The notes beneath the pieces are model-generated. The model was not told where the DNA came from and searched no databases. It saw only the letters and a list, made by a program, of their open reading frames with translations. From positions 1 through 55,776 of the forward strand of contig JBPCTG010000074.1 of assembly GCA_051006395.1 (NCBI GenBank): 55,776 nt of DNA, read 5' to 3'. The translations under genes were made by a program, and so were the position numbers. The DNA comes from Candidatus Limnocylindrus sp. (GTDB lineage Bacteria > Chloroflexota > Limnocylindria > Limnocylindrales > Limnocylindraceae). Shown piece after piece: positions 35,833 to 45,503 of the stretch (position 1 is the stretch's first letter; each line of letters begins with the position of its first letter).

Positions 35833-37443
35833 CTAGGCGCCCTCTGGCCCCCCAGCGAGGGGGTCTGGACCCGGCGGCGGCAGCTGGGCAGCATCCCGTG
35901 CAGCATCACGCGCTGCATCGCTCTGCGGGCGGGCGAAGAGCGGGTGCCCGTCCGAGGTGAGACAGCGTCCAGTCGCGAGATCCCACTGCCATCCATGAAT
36001 ACTGCAGGTGAGAGTTGAGCCGTCACTGGTGCCGAAGCGGGTGAGGTCAGCCTTCATGTGAGGGCAGCGGCGCTGCACCTGCCAACCGGAAAGATCAAAG
36101 GTCCCCTCCGTGGGACCGTTCTCAGCGTAGAAGCCCTCTGCGTACTGGATCCGCGCAACGGAGAGGCACTTGAACCACGTGTACAGGTAGTCGTTGTAGG
36201 CACCTCGGCGCCACGCCGAGAAGCGCATCGAGAGGAAGAGCGAGTTCACCCAGTCGTCGGTTCGCGTGCGCACGAGGTGGTCGAGCAGGAGGCGGGGGAT
36301 CGTGAACTTGAAGTCGACTTCGCGTCCGTCGTCGGCGATCACCGCCCGGTCGGGGAAGTCGAGCAGGATCGAAGCATCGTCGGTCGCGATCCGGACGGTC
36401 GCCCCGATGCCGTCACAGACCCGCGGCCCGAGCGCCATGAGCGGTTCGAACCACGCCCGGAGTTCAGGGAGGAGATCGATGCGCGGTCCGGACCAGCTCG
36501 CCTTTGCCGCCGCAATGCGTGGCGCCCAATCCGCTGCGTAACGGCGCAAATACGTTTCTTTGTTCGCAAAGACGTCTTGCACAGACGATACGCCCGACAA
36601 ATGTTCCACGCGGAACATCCCTGCAGCATCGAACGCACCGACGCTGCCTGGGAGCATCAGGGCCGCCTGGTGGCCCTCGTCAGTGAGGCGCTGCACCATG
36701 ATGCGCTGGTCCGGGAAGATCGAGTCGTCTGCGTCGTGAATGTCGTTCCAGCGGAAGAGTTCATCGTCGAGGAAGCATGGTGGGCCCGCTGAGGGGATCA
36801 CGACGCGTGGGGCGATGAGTTCAACGTAGCGAGCGGCCCGAGTGAGTTGGGCGGCACGCTTCTTCCGCGCGAGCGCTTCGCGCGCCTTTGCGGGGAGCTC
36901 ATAGACCATCGGGTACCAGATCGCGCCGCTGAACTGCAGTAGGCAGATGTCGATCGGCCCCTGCACAAGGAGCCGGTCTGGATCCGTCGGGCGACTGTCG
37001 TTGAGGTTGAGGAGGCGTTCCTCGCCATCATCGACCAGAAGGGCGGAGTCACCGATCGGGCCATCGGTGGGGGCGGTCAACGACTCAACCACGAGCGTCA
37101 GACCGCCATGCTGCACTGGCACCCCAGAGGTCGTGCGGATGAACGACGTGAACCCGAGCTCCCGGAGCGCCTCCTCGAGTTCGGGAAGGGGATAGGCGGG
37201 GAGGATTACCGTCGCGTCTTTGCGGCAGTGCGCCGCGAGCCATTCAGGGTCGAAGTGATCCCGGTGCAGGTGACTGATGTAGAGGTAGTTGGTATCGCCA
37301 AGCGCCGCGTGGTCAAGCAGGTCGTTGCGGGGATACGGGAACCAGCTCGCGTAATAGGCTGGGTTGAACCAGGGGTCGCAGAGGATCGAACCGTGCGCGG
37401 TATGGATCTTTACACCAGCTTGAGCGATGAATTCAACGCGCAT
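35833..37443 (-). CDS. Fusion protein: N-terminal MBL-fold metallo-hydrolase/oxidoreductase domain plus C-terminal Rieske [2Fe-2S] domain
   Basis: HxHxDH motif in ISHLHRDHFD. The Rieske motif CPH-x17-CSIH is in RRCPHMKADLTRFGTSDGSTLTCSIHGWQW. 536 aa. Confidence 0.8.
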   Translation of the reverse strand: MRVEFIAQAGVKIHTAHGSILCDPWFNPAYYASWFPYPRNDLLDHAALGDTNYLYISHLHRDHFDPEWLAAHCRKDATVILPAYPLPELEEALRELGFTSFIRTTSGVPVQHGGLTLVVESLTAPTDGPIGDSALLVDDGEERLLNLNDSRPTDPDRLLVQGPIDICLLQFSGAIWYPMVYELPAKAREALARKKRAAQLTRAARYVELIAPRVVIPSAGPPCFLDDELFRWNDIHDADDSIFPDQRIMVQRLTDEGHQAALMLPGSVGAFDAAGMFRVEHLSGVSSVQDVFANKETYLRRYAADWAPRIAAAKASWSGPRIDLLPELRAWFEPLMALGPRVCDGIGATVRIATDDASILLDFPDRAVIADDGREVDFKFTIPRLLLDHLVRTRTDDWVNSLFLSMRFSAWRRGAYNDYLYTWFKCLSVARIQYAEGFYAENGPTEGTFDLSGWQVQRRCPHMKADLTRFGTSDGSTLTCSIHGWQWDLATGRCLTSDGHPLFARPQSDAARDAARDAAQLPPPGPDPLAGGPEGA

Positions 37444-37450
37444 ATCCCTG

Positions 37451-37456
37451 AGGATA
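37451..37456 (-). promoter_or_regulatory. Candidate -10 hexamer TATCCT for a leaderless MBL/Rieske transcript
   Basis: The minus strand reads TATCCT-cagggat-ATG: a 7-nt spacer with no Shine-Dalgarno. Confidence 0.35.
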
Positions 37457-37546
37457 GCCGCGCGAGGGGCTGGTCGTGCGTGGTGCTCCCTGCTGGTATT
37501 TCACATAACTATCATTATCGGAAGTAAGCAGGGGGTGACGGAGGTG

Positions 37547-38872
37547 TTACCTCCTCTTTGTCGACCTCGTCGTCTCCCTCTTCCCCTGCGGCACTGGCAA
37601 CGCCAGTCGCGCCAACTGACCCGCCACCTCTGACGAGGCGAAGCCGGTTAGACGGATCAGGTCGTCGTCGTAGGCGATCTTCAGGCCGGCCCGCCCGCGG
37701 AGCGCCTCAATGACCCCGGCGGCCGTATACGGGAGGGCAAGGTTGATGGGGCTTCCCTGCTCGCCGAGCTCGCGCTCAAGTGTGGCACGCAACTCGGGCA
37801 GGCCTGAGCCTGTGGCTGCGGAGATCCGCAGGGCGCCAGGAATGTCCGCCGTGGCGGCGCCTGGGAGGTCGCACTTGTTTGCTGCGACGAGGCGCGGCTT
37901 CTCGTCGACGCCCAACTCCTCAAGTACGCCGGCGATGGTAGCCCGATGCTCCTTCAAGTGCGGGTCGGCGGCGTCGACGACCTCGAGGAGCAGGTCGGCA
38001 CGGCGCACCTCTTCGAGGGTTGCGCGGAAAGCGTCGACAAGTTGGTGCGGCAGCTTATGGATGAATCCCACGGTGTCGGTGATGATCGTTGCAGAGCCGC
38101 CTGGGAGGCGCACCCGCCGACTCGTCGGGTCAAGGGTTGCAAAGAGTTTGTCTTCAGCCAGAACGACCTCGCTACCGACGAGGCTGTTGAGCAGAGTTGA
38201 TTTTCCAGCGTTGGTGTAGCCGACGATCGCCACCGTCTGGTTGCCGCGCACATCGCGGGCGCGGGCACCGGTGTCACGACTCCTACGTACTTCGTCGACG
38301 CGCCGCTTCATCACGGAGATTCGATCGCGAATCAGGCGACGGTCAGTCTCAAGCTGCGATTCACCTGGCCCTCTCGTGCCGATCCCACCACCGGTGCGCG
38401 AGAGGTGTGTCCAGAGTCGCGTCAGCCGTGGAAGCTGATACTCCAGTTGTGCCAGTTCAACCTGCAGCCGTCCTTCACGAGTGCGTGCATGCAGCGCAAA
38501 GATGTCGAGGATCAAGCGGCTCCGGTCGATCACCTTCACCTCGAGCAGCTCTTCTAGCGTGCGCTGCTGGGTTGGCGAAAGCTCATCGTCCGCAATCAGT
38601 AGCGTGAATCCAGTTTCGGCTTTCGCTGCGATGAGCTCGCTCGCCTTCCCTGCTCCAATGTAGGAGTCGGGATCTGGATGGCGCCGCGCCTGCCACTCAG
38701 CGCCAACAACCTCGGCGCCCGCGGTGCGCGCAAGGCTCGCCAGCTCTTCGAGGCTCTCGCGTGCCGACCATCCATCTTCGGTGCCACTCTCGACGGCGAT
38801 AAGAAAGGCGCGCTCAATCGGTGGCGCGATCTCGATTCCTGCGCGGCGTCCGCGCTGTGCGTGCTCCCCCAC
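37547..38872 (-). CDS. hflX: GTPase HflX
   Basis: The GTG start overlaps the miaA TAG by 1 nt. IVGYTNAGKSTLLN, DTVGF, NKCD. Confidence 0.93.
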   Translation of the reverse strand: MGEHAQRGRRAGIEIAPPIERAFLIAVESGTEDGWSARESLEELASLARTAGAEVVGAEWQARRHPDPDSYIGAGKASELIAAKAETGFTLLIADDELSPTQQRTLEELLEVKVIDRSRLILDIFALHARTREGRLQVELAQLEYQLPRLTRLWTHLSRTGGGIGTRGPGESQLETDRRLIRDRISVMKRRVDEVRRSRDTGARARDVRGNQTVAIVGYTNAGKSTLLNSLVGSEVVLAEDKLFATLDPTSRRVRLPGGSATIITDTVGFIHKLPHQLVDAFRATLEEVRRADLLLEVVDAADPHLKEHRATIAGVLEELGVDEKPRLVAANKCDLPGAATADIPGALRISAATGSGLPELRATLERELGEQGSPINLALPYTAAGVIEALRGRAGLKIAYDDDLIRLTGFASSEVAGQLARLALPVPQGKRETTRSTKRR

Positions 38873-39873
38873 TACGACCCTCCTCTTGGATGCGCGGTAA
38901 TGAGCCGCTGGGCGATGACGTGCAGCGCCGCTGCGATCTCGATGATGGAGCGCTCAGCACCCCCAACGATTCGTTCATCTATCGGTTCGGCGCGGAACCA
39001 CGTGCGCTGTCTGCGCGCGTAATCCCAGGTGCGTGCTGCGGCGGCGCCGATCGCATGCTCGCGAGTGATCTCAGCGGCGTGATGGCGCAACGCCTCGGCG
39101 TAGCCGATCCCGGAGAGCGCTGGGGTTTCAGGAGGGAGGCGTTCCGCCAGGGCGACAGCCTCTGCAACAAGGCCGCGTGCAAACTGCTTCTCAATGCGTG
39201 CTGTGATGGCGGCGCGATGGTGCACTGGTTCTGGATCATCGATCGTCACATAGGCGTGCGGAGCCTCCCAGGGCTGCTCTTCGATGGCAGAGGCATCGCC
39301 GCCAAGGAACGCGATCTCGAGCGCGCGAACAAGTCGGCGCGGGCTGGCGTTCAGCATCTGCACGGCAACATCGGGCTGCAGTGTCGCCAGGCGTGCGTCG
39401 AGCGGCTCACGACCTTCGGCGGCGAGGAGCGCCTCGAGTTCGCCGCGAAGCCCTGCGTCGTGTGGGCGAGATCCGCCGCGCAGGAACCCACGCAGGAGCC
39501 CGCGGTGGTAGAGCCCGGTCCCGCCGACAACAACCGCGAGACGTGGCGCAGTGCCGGTGCCAGCGCCCTGTGGCCTCGTCGAAGCGGCTGGGCGCGCGAT
39601 CTCTAGCCAGTCGAAGAGGGTGAACGGAAGATCTGCATCGGCAACATCAATCCCCGCGTGAGGCCAGCGCGCCAACGTCTCGCGATCCAACTTGTCGGTT
39701 CCGATATCGAAGCCGCGGAAGACTTGACGCGAGTCCGCAGAGACGAGCGCAACCTCGACCCCTTCGCCGCGCAGGAGCTCAGCGAGCGCGAGTGCAGCGG
39801 CACTCTTCCCGACCGCAGTTGCGCCCCCGATAGCGAGGAGCGGCAGGGGCCTCCCCTCTTCGTGGATCTGCAT
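38872..39873 (-). CDS. miaA: tRNA dimethylallyltransferase MiaA
   Basis: P-loop IGGATAVGKSAAALALA, and DSRQVFRGFDIGTDK. Confidence 0.92.
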   Translation of the reverse strand: MQIHEEGRPLPLLAIGGATAVGKSAAALALAELLRGEGVEVALVSADSRQVFRGFDIGTDKLDRETLARWPHAGIDVADADLPFTLFDWLEIARPAASTRPQGAGTGTAPRLAVVVGGTGLYHRGLLRGFLRGGSRPHDAGLRGELEALLAAEGREPLDARLATLQPDVAVQMLNASPRRLVRALEIAFLGGDASAIEEQPWEAPHAYVTIDDPEPVHHRAAITARIEKQFARGLVAEAVALAERLPPETPALSGIGYAEALRHHAAEITREHAIGAAAARTWDYARRQRTWFRAEPIDERIVGGAERSIIEIAAALHVIAQRLITAHPRGGS

Positions 39874-39889
39874 CCCTGGGAGCGCGGCG

Positions 39890-41416
39890 TCAGCGAGCGT
39901 AATCGACCGCGCGACTCTCGCGGATCACCGTGACTCGAATCTGGCCTGGGTACGAAAGCTGCTCCTCAATGCGCGCAACGACGTCGCGAGCGATATTGCG
40001 CGCTCCTTCGTCGTCGACCTGGTCAGGGCGCACGAGGATGCGCACCTCACGCCCAGCCTGCACGGCGTAGGCACGCTCCACTCCATCGAAGCTCATGGCG
40101 ATCGCCTGAAGGTCTTCGAGGCGTCGTAGGTGCGATTCTGCCTGGTCACCGCGTGCGCCAGGGCGTGCAGCGCTGATTGCATCGGCAACCTGCACGATCG
40201 GTGCCTCTCGCGCCGTGCACTCCACCTCCTGGTGGTGCGCAGCGATCGCGTTCACGATGCTGTCGGGCATGCCGTGGCGCTTGGCGAGATCGGCACCGAT
40301 TGCGGCATGCGTCCCTTCGATCTCGTGATCAAGCGCCTTGCCGATGTCGTGGAGCAACCCGCCGACCTTCGCCGCGCGAATGTCCATCCCTAGCTCGCCG
40401 GCGATAGTGCCTGCAACCTGCGCAGTTTCAATCGAGTGGAGCAGCACGTTCTGGCCGAACGAGGTGCGCCACTGCAGGCGCCCAAGGATGCGCAGCAGCT
40501 CCATTGGGATCCCCGTCACACCCACCTCGAGAGCGGCGCCCTCGCCGTTCTTCAGCGCATCGGCATCGACCTCGGCCTGGGCCTTTATGACGACCTCTTC
40601 GATCCGTACGGGGTGGATGCGTCCGTCTTGCATCAGGCGCTCGAGCGAGACGCGCGCAACCTGGCGGCGCACTGGGTCGAACGATGAGAGGGTCACCTGG
40701 AGAGGAGTCTCGTCGATGATCAACTCTACGCCAGTTGCGGCCTCGAGTGCGCGAATGTTGCGGCCTTCGCGGCCGATGAGGCGCCCCTTCATCTCGTCGT
40801 TGGCAAGCTTGATGTGCGTGACGGAGTGTTCAGCACTGTGGTCGGCGGCGACGCGTTGCATCGCGGTGAGGATCATGTCGCGGGCGCGATCGGCGGCGTC
40901 CTCACGGGCGCGGCGCTCGAGCGTTGCCTGCAACCGAGCGGCCTCTGTCTCCGCCTCTTCAGAAACGCGACGCATCAACTCGGCGCGCGCCGATGCAGCA
41001 TCAAGTCCTGCAACTTCAGCGAGCCGCGTGGCGATCGTCGCGCGCTCGGCGTCGTTCTTTGCCGCCTCTTCCAGGAGTCCCCGCTCGCGCTCGGCAATTG
41101 AAAGCTCCCGCTCAGCGAAGAAGGCGTCGCGCTCGGCGAGTGCAACCTCGCGAAGGCGGAGGCGCTCCCCCTCTGCGGCGGCGAGCTCACGATCAGCGCG
41201 TGCCGCATCCTCCGCGGCAGCACGCATGGCCGAGATCTCCCCCTTCGCGGCGATGATGAGGCTCCCTTGCTGTTGACGTGCCTCCTCAAGGATCGAGGCG
41301 GCACGGCGCGAAGCGGATCTGAGGCTTGCCGCCCCAAGGAGTTGGCGGAGGAGGGCGCCGGCGACAACGCCGACAACGACGAAGAGCACGGGGGTCGCCC
41401 CGTCGAGTCCGGTCAT
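39890..41416 (-). CDS. rny: Ribonuclease Y
   Basis: ATG 41416 with AGGAGA 5 nt upstream. N-terminal TM helix, coiled coil, KH ([11 protein letters not shown]), HD (LLHDIGKA). The longest ORF starts at 41458. Confidence 0.92.
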   Translation of the reverse strand: MTGLDGATPVLFVVVGVVAGALLRQLLGAASLRSASRRAASILEEARQQQGSLIIAAKGEISAMRAAAEDAARADRELAAAEGERLRLREVALAERDAFFAERELSIAERERGLLEEAAKNDAERATIATRLAEVAGLDAASARAELMRRVSEEAETEAARLQATLERRAREDAADRARDMILTAMQRVAADHSAEHSVTHIKLANDEMKGRLIGREGRNIRALEAATGVELIIDETPLQVTLSSFDPVRRQVARVSLERLMQDGRIHPVRIEEVVIKAQAEVDADALKNGEGAALEVGVTGIPMELLRILGRLQWRTSFGQNVLLHSIETAQVAGTIAGELGMDIRAAKVGGLLHDIGKALDHEIEGTHAAIGADLAKRHGMPDSIVNAIAAHHQEVECTAREAPIVQVADAISAARPGARGDQAESHLRRLEDLQAIAMSFDGVERAYAVQAGREVRILVRPDQVDDEGARNIARDVVARIEEQLSYPGQIRVTVIRESRAVDYAR

Positions 41417-41496
41417 GGTTGTCTCCTGCAGCCCTGCCCGCGGAGCTGCTCGCGTCATAAGGTCAATTGGCCAGCCAGGAGGCTGGGAGATGCAGG

Positions 41497-42072
41497 CTAG
41501 CCCTCGTCGCCTTCGGGGTCAAACACCCCCCCTGCGGCCTCCTGGAGCCCTTCTGCGAGTCGCTCACGAGCCACCTGCCACGCCATCCCAGGGGGGAAGC
41601 CGCGTCGCGCCAACGCCTGGGCGAGCCGCTGCGCCTCGGCTCGTGGCTCCCCTCCGCGCAGCCTGATCCGCGCTGCGGCGGCGCGGGCGGCACGCAGCTC
41701 CACCCCATCGGCTCCCTCGCTCGCCCCCTCAGCGGCGCGTTCAGCGATGAGGCTGCCAGCGAGCTCGTCGCCTACCCCGCGCCGCCGCAGCTCCTGCAAC
41801 AGCGCGCGATCTCCGCGCTGGCGTGACCGATCGCGCGACTCGAGGAGCGAGCGCGCCAGGCGCTCGTCATCGAGGAGTCCGATCTGCTCGAGGCGCTCGA
41901 CGGCCGCGCGCACGTGCTCCTCGGGGTAACCCAGGGAGAGGAGACGCTCGGTCAGCGCCTTGCTCGTCTTGGGTGCCCCACCGAGCGAACGCGCGGCGGC
42001 CTCGAGGACGCGCTCAGGATCCGCCGCCGCACGCTTTGTGCGTTGCGCCTCGGGGTCGCTGCGGCGCCGCAT
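41497..42072 (-). CDS. recX: Recombination regulator RecX
   Basis: Three-helix repeat pattern (…[34 protein letters not shown]…), 12 nt downstream of recA. Confidence 0.88.
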   Translation of the reverse strand: MRRRSDPEAQRTKRAAADPERVLEAAARSLGGAPKTSKALTERLLSLGYPEEHVRAAVERLEQIGLLDDERLARSLLESRDRSRQRGDRALLQELRRRGVGDELAGSLIAERAAEGASEGADGVELRAARAAAARIRLRGGEPRAEAQRLAQALARRGFPPGMAWQVARERLAEGLQEAAGGVFDPEGDEG

Positions 42073-42084
42073 CAGCGGCGCCCG

Positions 42085-43167
42085 CTACTCTGCCTCTACG
42101 GGTGGAGCGACAGGCACCTCGACGTTCACGGCAGCCGCGCGGATCTTTGCGTCGATCTCTGCTGCAACCGCAGGGTTCGCCTTGAGGAACTCCTTCGACT
42201 GCTCGCGACCCTGGCCAAGTCGAACGTCGCCAAAGTTGAACCAGGCGCCAGTCTTCGAAACGACGTCAGCAGCGACTCCTACGTCGAGGAGCCCACCGGC
42301 GAGGCTGATCCCCTCGCCGTACATGATGTCGAACTCAGCGATCCGGAACGGTGCAGCCACCTTGTTCTTAACGACTTTGACGCGAACGCGCGAACCGATC
42401 GACTCGGTGCCCGTCTTGATCGTTTCGATACGTCGAATGTCGAGGCGCACCGATGCGTAGAACTTTAGAGCGCGTCCGCCTGGTGTCGTCTCTGGACTAC
42501 CGTACATCACACCGATCTTCTCGCGAAGCTGGTTGGTGAAAAGGAGCACGGTGTTAGAGCGTGCGACGGCGCCGGTGAGCTTTCGCAACGCCTGGCTCAT
42601 GAGGCGCGCCTGGATGCCGACGAACGAATCGCCCATCTCACCTTCGATTTCAGCGCGCGGCACGAGGGCTGCGACCGAGTCGACGACGACGATGTCGACA
42701 CCACCGGAGCGAATGAGCGTTTCGGCAATCTCAAGAGCTTGCTCGCCAGTGTCCGGTTGAGAGACGAGGAGCTCGTCGACGTTCACCCCAGTTTGCTTGG
42801 CGTATGCCGAGTCGAGCGCATGCTCCACGTCAATGAATGCAGCCACCCCGCCACGCCGCTGCGCTTCGGCGATGATGTGCTGGCAGATCGTCGTCTTGCC
42901 AGAGCTCTCTGGTCCGTAGATCTCGCTGATGCGTCCCTTCGGCAGCCCGCCAACGCCGAGGGCAAGGTCGAGACCGATCGCTCCCGTGGGGATGCTGTCG
43001 ATGGCGAGCCGCTCGCGCGACCCGAGCTTCATTATCGCGCCGCGACCAAACTGTTTTTCGATGGTAAGGATCGCTGCGTCGACCGCTCGAGTACGCTCGG
43101 TGTTCGGCTTCGCTTCGCTCTTGGGCTCCGCTGCGGCGACCTTCTTGCTCTCCGACTTCTCGGCCAT
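42085..43167 (-). CDS. recA: Recombinase RecA
   Basis: [53 protein letters not shown]. Confidence 0.97.
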   Translation of the reverse strand: MAEKSESKKVAAAEPKSEAKPNTERTRAVDAAILTIEKQFGRGAIMKLGSRERLAIDSIPTGAIGLDLALGVGGLPKGRISEIYGPESSGKTTICQHIIAEAQRRGGVAAFIDVEHALDSAYAKQTGVNVDELLVSQPDTGEQALEIAETLIRSGGVDIVVVDSVAALVPRAEIEGEMGDSFVGIQARLMSQALRKLTGAVARSNTVLLFTNQLREKIGVMYGSPETTPGGRALKFYASVRLDIRRIETIKTGTESIGSRVRVKVVKNKVAAPFRIAEFDIMYGEGISLAGGLLDVGVAADVVSKTGAWFNFGDVRLGQGREQSKEFLKANPAVAAEIDAKIRAAAVNVEVPVAPPVEAE

Positions 43168-43170
43168 CTA

Positions 43171-44403
43171 TTACCTGCCTTCCGGTTCTTGCGCCCTTGG
43201 CTTGATCCCCGTACGAACTATGCCTCCGTCGGCGTACCGTGGACGCATCGCCCCTCGGGGCGGTGCCTCCTCCGGCTCATCGTCGTCGCCAAACCGTGGG
43301 GTTCCTGGTCCCCCGGCCGAGGCGCGGAGCTGCGGCAGTTCGGTTGCGAGTGTACCCGACTGGATGGCCCCCCGAACCCGCCCCATCAGCGCGCTCAGAT
43401 GGCGCAGGTTGTGGATCGTGAGGAGGCGGTAGGCGAGGAGTTCGTCGGCCCGGAAGAGGTGGGCGAGGTAGCCGCGACTGAAGCGGCGGCAGGCGCTACA
43501 GTCGCAGGCGGCATCGACGGGAACCTCCTCGTCAAGGTGCCGCGCGTTCCGCAGGTTGATCCGACCACCGGTGACCCATGCCTGGCCATTACGCGCGACT
43601 CGCGCGGGGAGGACGGAGTCGAAGAGGTCAACGCCGCGCACGACCGCGTCAATGATGTCAAGTGGTGAGCCGAGCCCCATCAAATAGCGCACGCGGCCGT
43701 CGCCCTCGAGCGCTCCGATCGTCGCCTCGACCGCGCGGTTCCGCTCCTCGGGCGTCTCATCGCCAGCAAGGCCGCCAAGGTTGATTCCGTCAAACGGAAG
43801 AGATCGGATCCAGGTCGCCGATGCGGCGCGTAACTCGGGATCAATCCCGCCCTGCGCGATGCCGAAGAGCGCCTGGTCGGCGCGCGTGTGCGCACGCAGC
43901 GAGCGAACCGCCCAACGATGCGTTCGCTCCATGGCACGAAGAACTTCGCGCGGCTCCGTCGAGCCGGGCATCACCGGCTGATCGAACGCCACGGCGACAT
44001 CAGGCGCGAGCGCCTCCTGCACCTCAATGGAACGCTCCGGCGTGAAGAGGTGCTCTCCCCCATCGAGGTGGCTTCGAAAGCGCGCACCCTCTTCGCCAAT
44101 CTTCATGAGCGGACCGAGCGAGACGACCTGAAAACCGCCCGAGTCGGTGAGGATCGGGCGATCCCATCCCATGAACGTGTGGAGGCCACCATGACGCGCG
44201 ATGCGCTCATGGCCGGGGCGCAAGTAGAGGTGATAGGTGTTCGACAAGATGATTTGGGCGCCGAGCGCGCGCAGGTCGTCGGGATCGAGCGCCTTGACGG
44301 TGGCGTTCGTGCCGACCGGCATGAAGTCGGGCGTCTGAACATCTCCATGCGGCAGGTGCAGGACCCCGGCCCGCGCCTGACTCGTGGGGTCGAACGTCAG
44401 CAC
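43171..44403 (-). CDS. tgt: Queuine tRNA-ribosyltransferase with a ~45-aa C-terminal extension
   Basis: ARAGVLHLPHGDVQTPDFMPVGT, and zinc site CDCSACRR...HLF. GTG start. Confidence 0.93.
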   Translation of the reverse strand: MLTFDPTSQARAGVLHLPHGDVQTPDFMPVGTNATVKALDPDDLRALGAQIILSNTYHLYLRPGHERIARHGGLHTFMGWDRPILTDSGGFQVVSLGPLMKIGEEGARFRSHLDGGEHLFTPERSIEVQEALAPDVAVAFDQPVMPGSTEPREVLRAMERTHRWAVRSLRAHTRADQALFGIAQGGIDPELRAASATWIRSLPFDGINLGGLAGDETPEERNRAVEATIGALEGDGRVRYLMGLGSPLDIIDAVVRGVDLFDSVLPARVARNGQAWVTGGRINLRNARHLDEEVPVDAACDCSACRRFSRGYLAHLFRADELLAYRLLTIHNLRHLSALMGRVRGAIQSGTLATELPQLRASAGGPGTPRFGDDDEPEEAPPRGAMRPRYADGGIVRTGIKPRAQEPEGR

Positions 44404-44480
44404 CTCAAATCGCGCCGGGGAGCCGATACGCGCGGGGAGCGTTGACGGATCCGAGAGCGCCGCCAGACGCTGTCCGTTGT

Positions 44481-45503
44481 TCAGCCTCGCCCCCAGATCG
44501 TGTCGCGCGCGCGGCCGAGGTGCGACCTCCCCCGCTCTGTGACGACGCGCCCCTGGGGGGTGCGATCGATGAAGCCGAGGCGCAAGAGGTACGGCTCAAA
44601 GACGTCTTCGAGTGCGTCGGCCGATTCGCCGAGCAGCGCCGCCATGGCCGCGACACCGACAGGACCGCCATCAAACTTCTCGATCATGACCGAGAGGAGC
44701 TTTCGATCGGTCGCGTCGAGGCCAGCATCGTCAATCTGTAGCCCTTCTAGCGCCGCGGCGGCTGCGGTAGCGTCCACACGCACTCCTCCGGCAACCTGGA
44801 CCTCATCACGCACGCGACGCAACAGACGATTCGCCGTGCGCGGGGTTCCGCGACTTCGGGCAGCGATGAGCGCGGCGGCATCGTAGTCAATCGCGATCCC
44901 GAGAATGCCGGCGGAGCGGCGCACAATGGCGGCGAGGTCGGCGTCGTCGTAGAAATCGAGTCGCTGCACCGCGCCGAAACGATCACGTAGCGGCGCTGAG
45001 AGCATGCCGACCCGCGTCGTCGCACCGACGAGGGTGAATGGTGGCACCTCGAGGCGGAGCGGCTGTGCCGAGGCCCCCTTGCCGATCACGATGTCGATCG
45101 CTCGATCCTCCATCGCCGGATAGAGCACCTCCTCAACGGCGCGGCCGAGACGATGGATCTCATCGACAAAGAGCACCTGTCGCGGTGCGAGGCTTGTGAG
45201 GATCGCCGCAAGATCGCCGCCGTGGTCGATCGCTGGGCCAGAGGTGAAGCGGATCGGCACGCTTAACTCGTGGGCCACGATCGCCGCGAGGGTTGTTTTC
45301 CCGAGCCCGGGCGGACCGTGCAGAAGGAGATGGTCGGCCGCCTCGCCGCGCTCGCGCGCCGCCTGTAGAAGCGTCGTCAGCGAACGCTTCGCCTCGCCCT
45401 GGCCAACATACTCGCCGAGTGACGCTGGACGAAGGCTCGCCTCGACGCTCCGCTCCTCTGCGTCAGCACCACGCACCGCTCCCCCATCATGCGCATCGCT
45501 CAT
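44481..45503 (-). CDS. ruvB: Holliday junction helicase RuvB
   Basis: LLHGPPGLGKTTLA, FVDEIHRL. Confidence 0.96.
   Translation of the reverse strand: MSDAHDGGAVRGADAEERSVEASLRPASLGEYVGQGEAKRSLTTLLQAARERGEAADHLLLHGPPGLGKTTLAAIVAHELSVPIRFTSGPAIDHGGDLAAILTSLAPRQVLFVDEIHRLGRAVEEVLYPAMEDRAIDIVIGKGASAQPLRLEVPPFTLVGATTRVGMLSAPLRDRFGAVQRLDFYDDADLAAIVRRSAGILGIAIDYDAAALIAARSRGTPRTANRLLRRVRDEVQVAGGVRVDATAAAAALEGLQIDDAGLDATDRKLLSVMIEKFDGGPVGVAAMAALLGESADALEDVFEPYLLRLGFIDRTPQGRVVTERGRSHLGRARDTIWGRG

Noticed and set aside
41417-41496. TTGACC (-35-like) plus a hairpin (CCAGCC-tcct-GGCTGG) between recX and rny as a promoter/terminator pair
   Set aside because: No TANNNT hexamer lies at a suitable distance from the TTGACC, and the hairpin has no T-tract. 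The evidence is too weak to call.
43168-43400. LexA/SOS box (GAAC-N4-GTTC type or GTAC-containing variants) upstream of recA
   Set aside because: Only half-site-like fragments were seen by eye (for example GTACGAAC), with no palindromic partner. This is not reported as a feature and needs a proper matrix scan.
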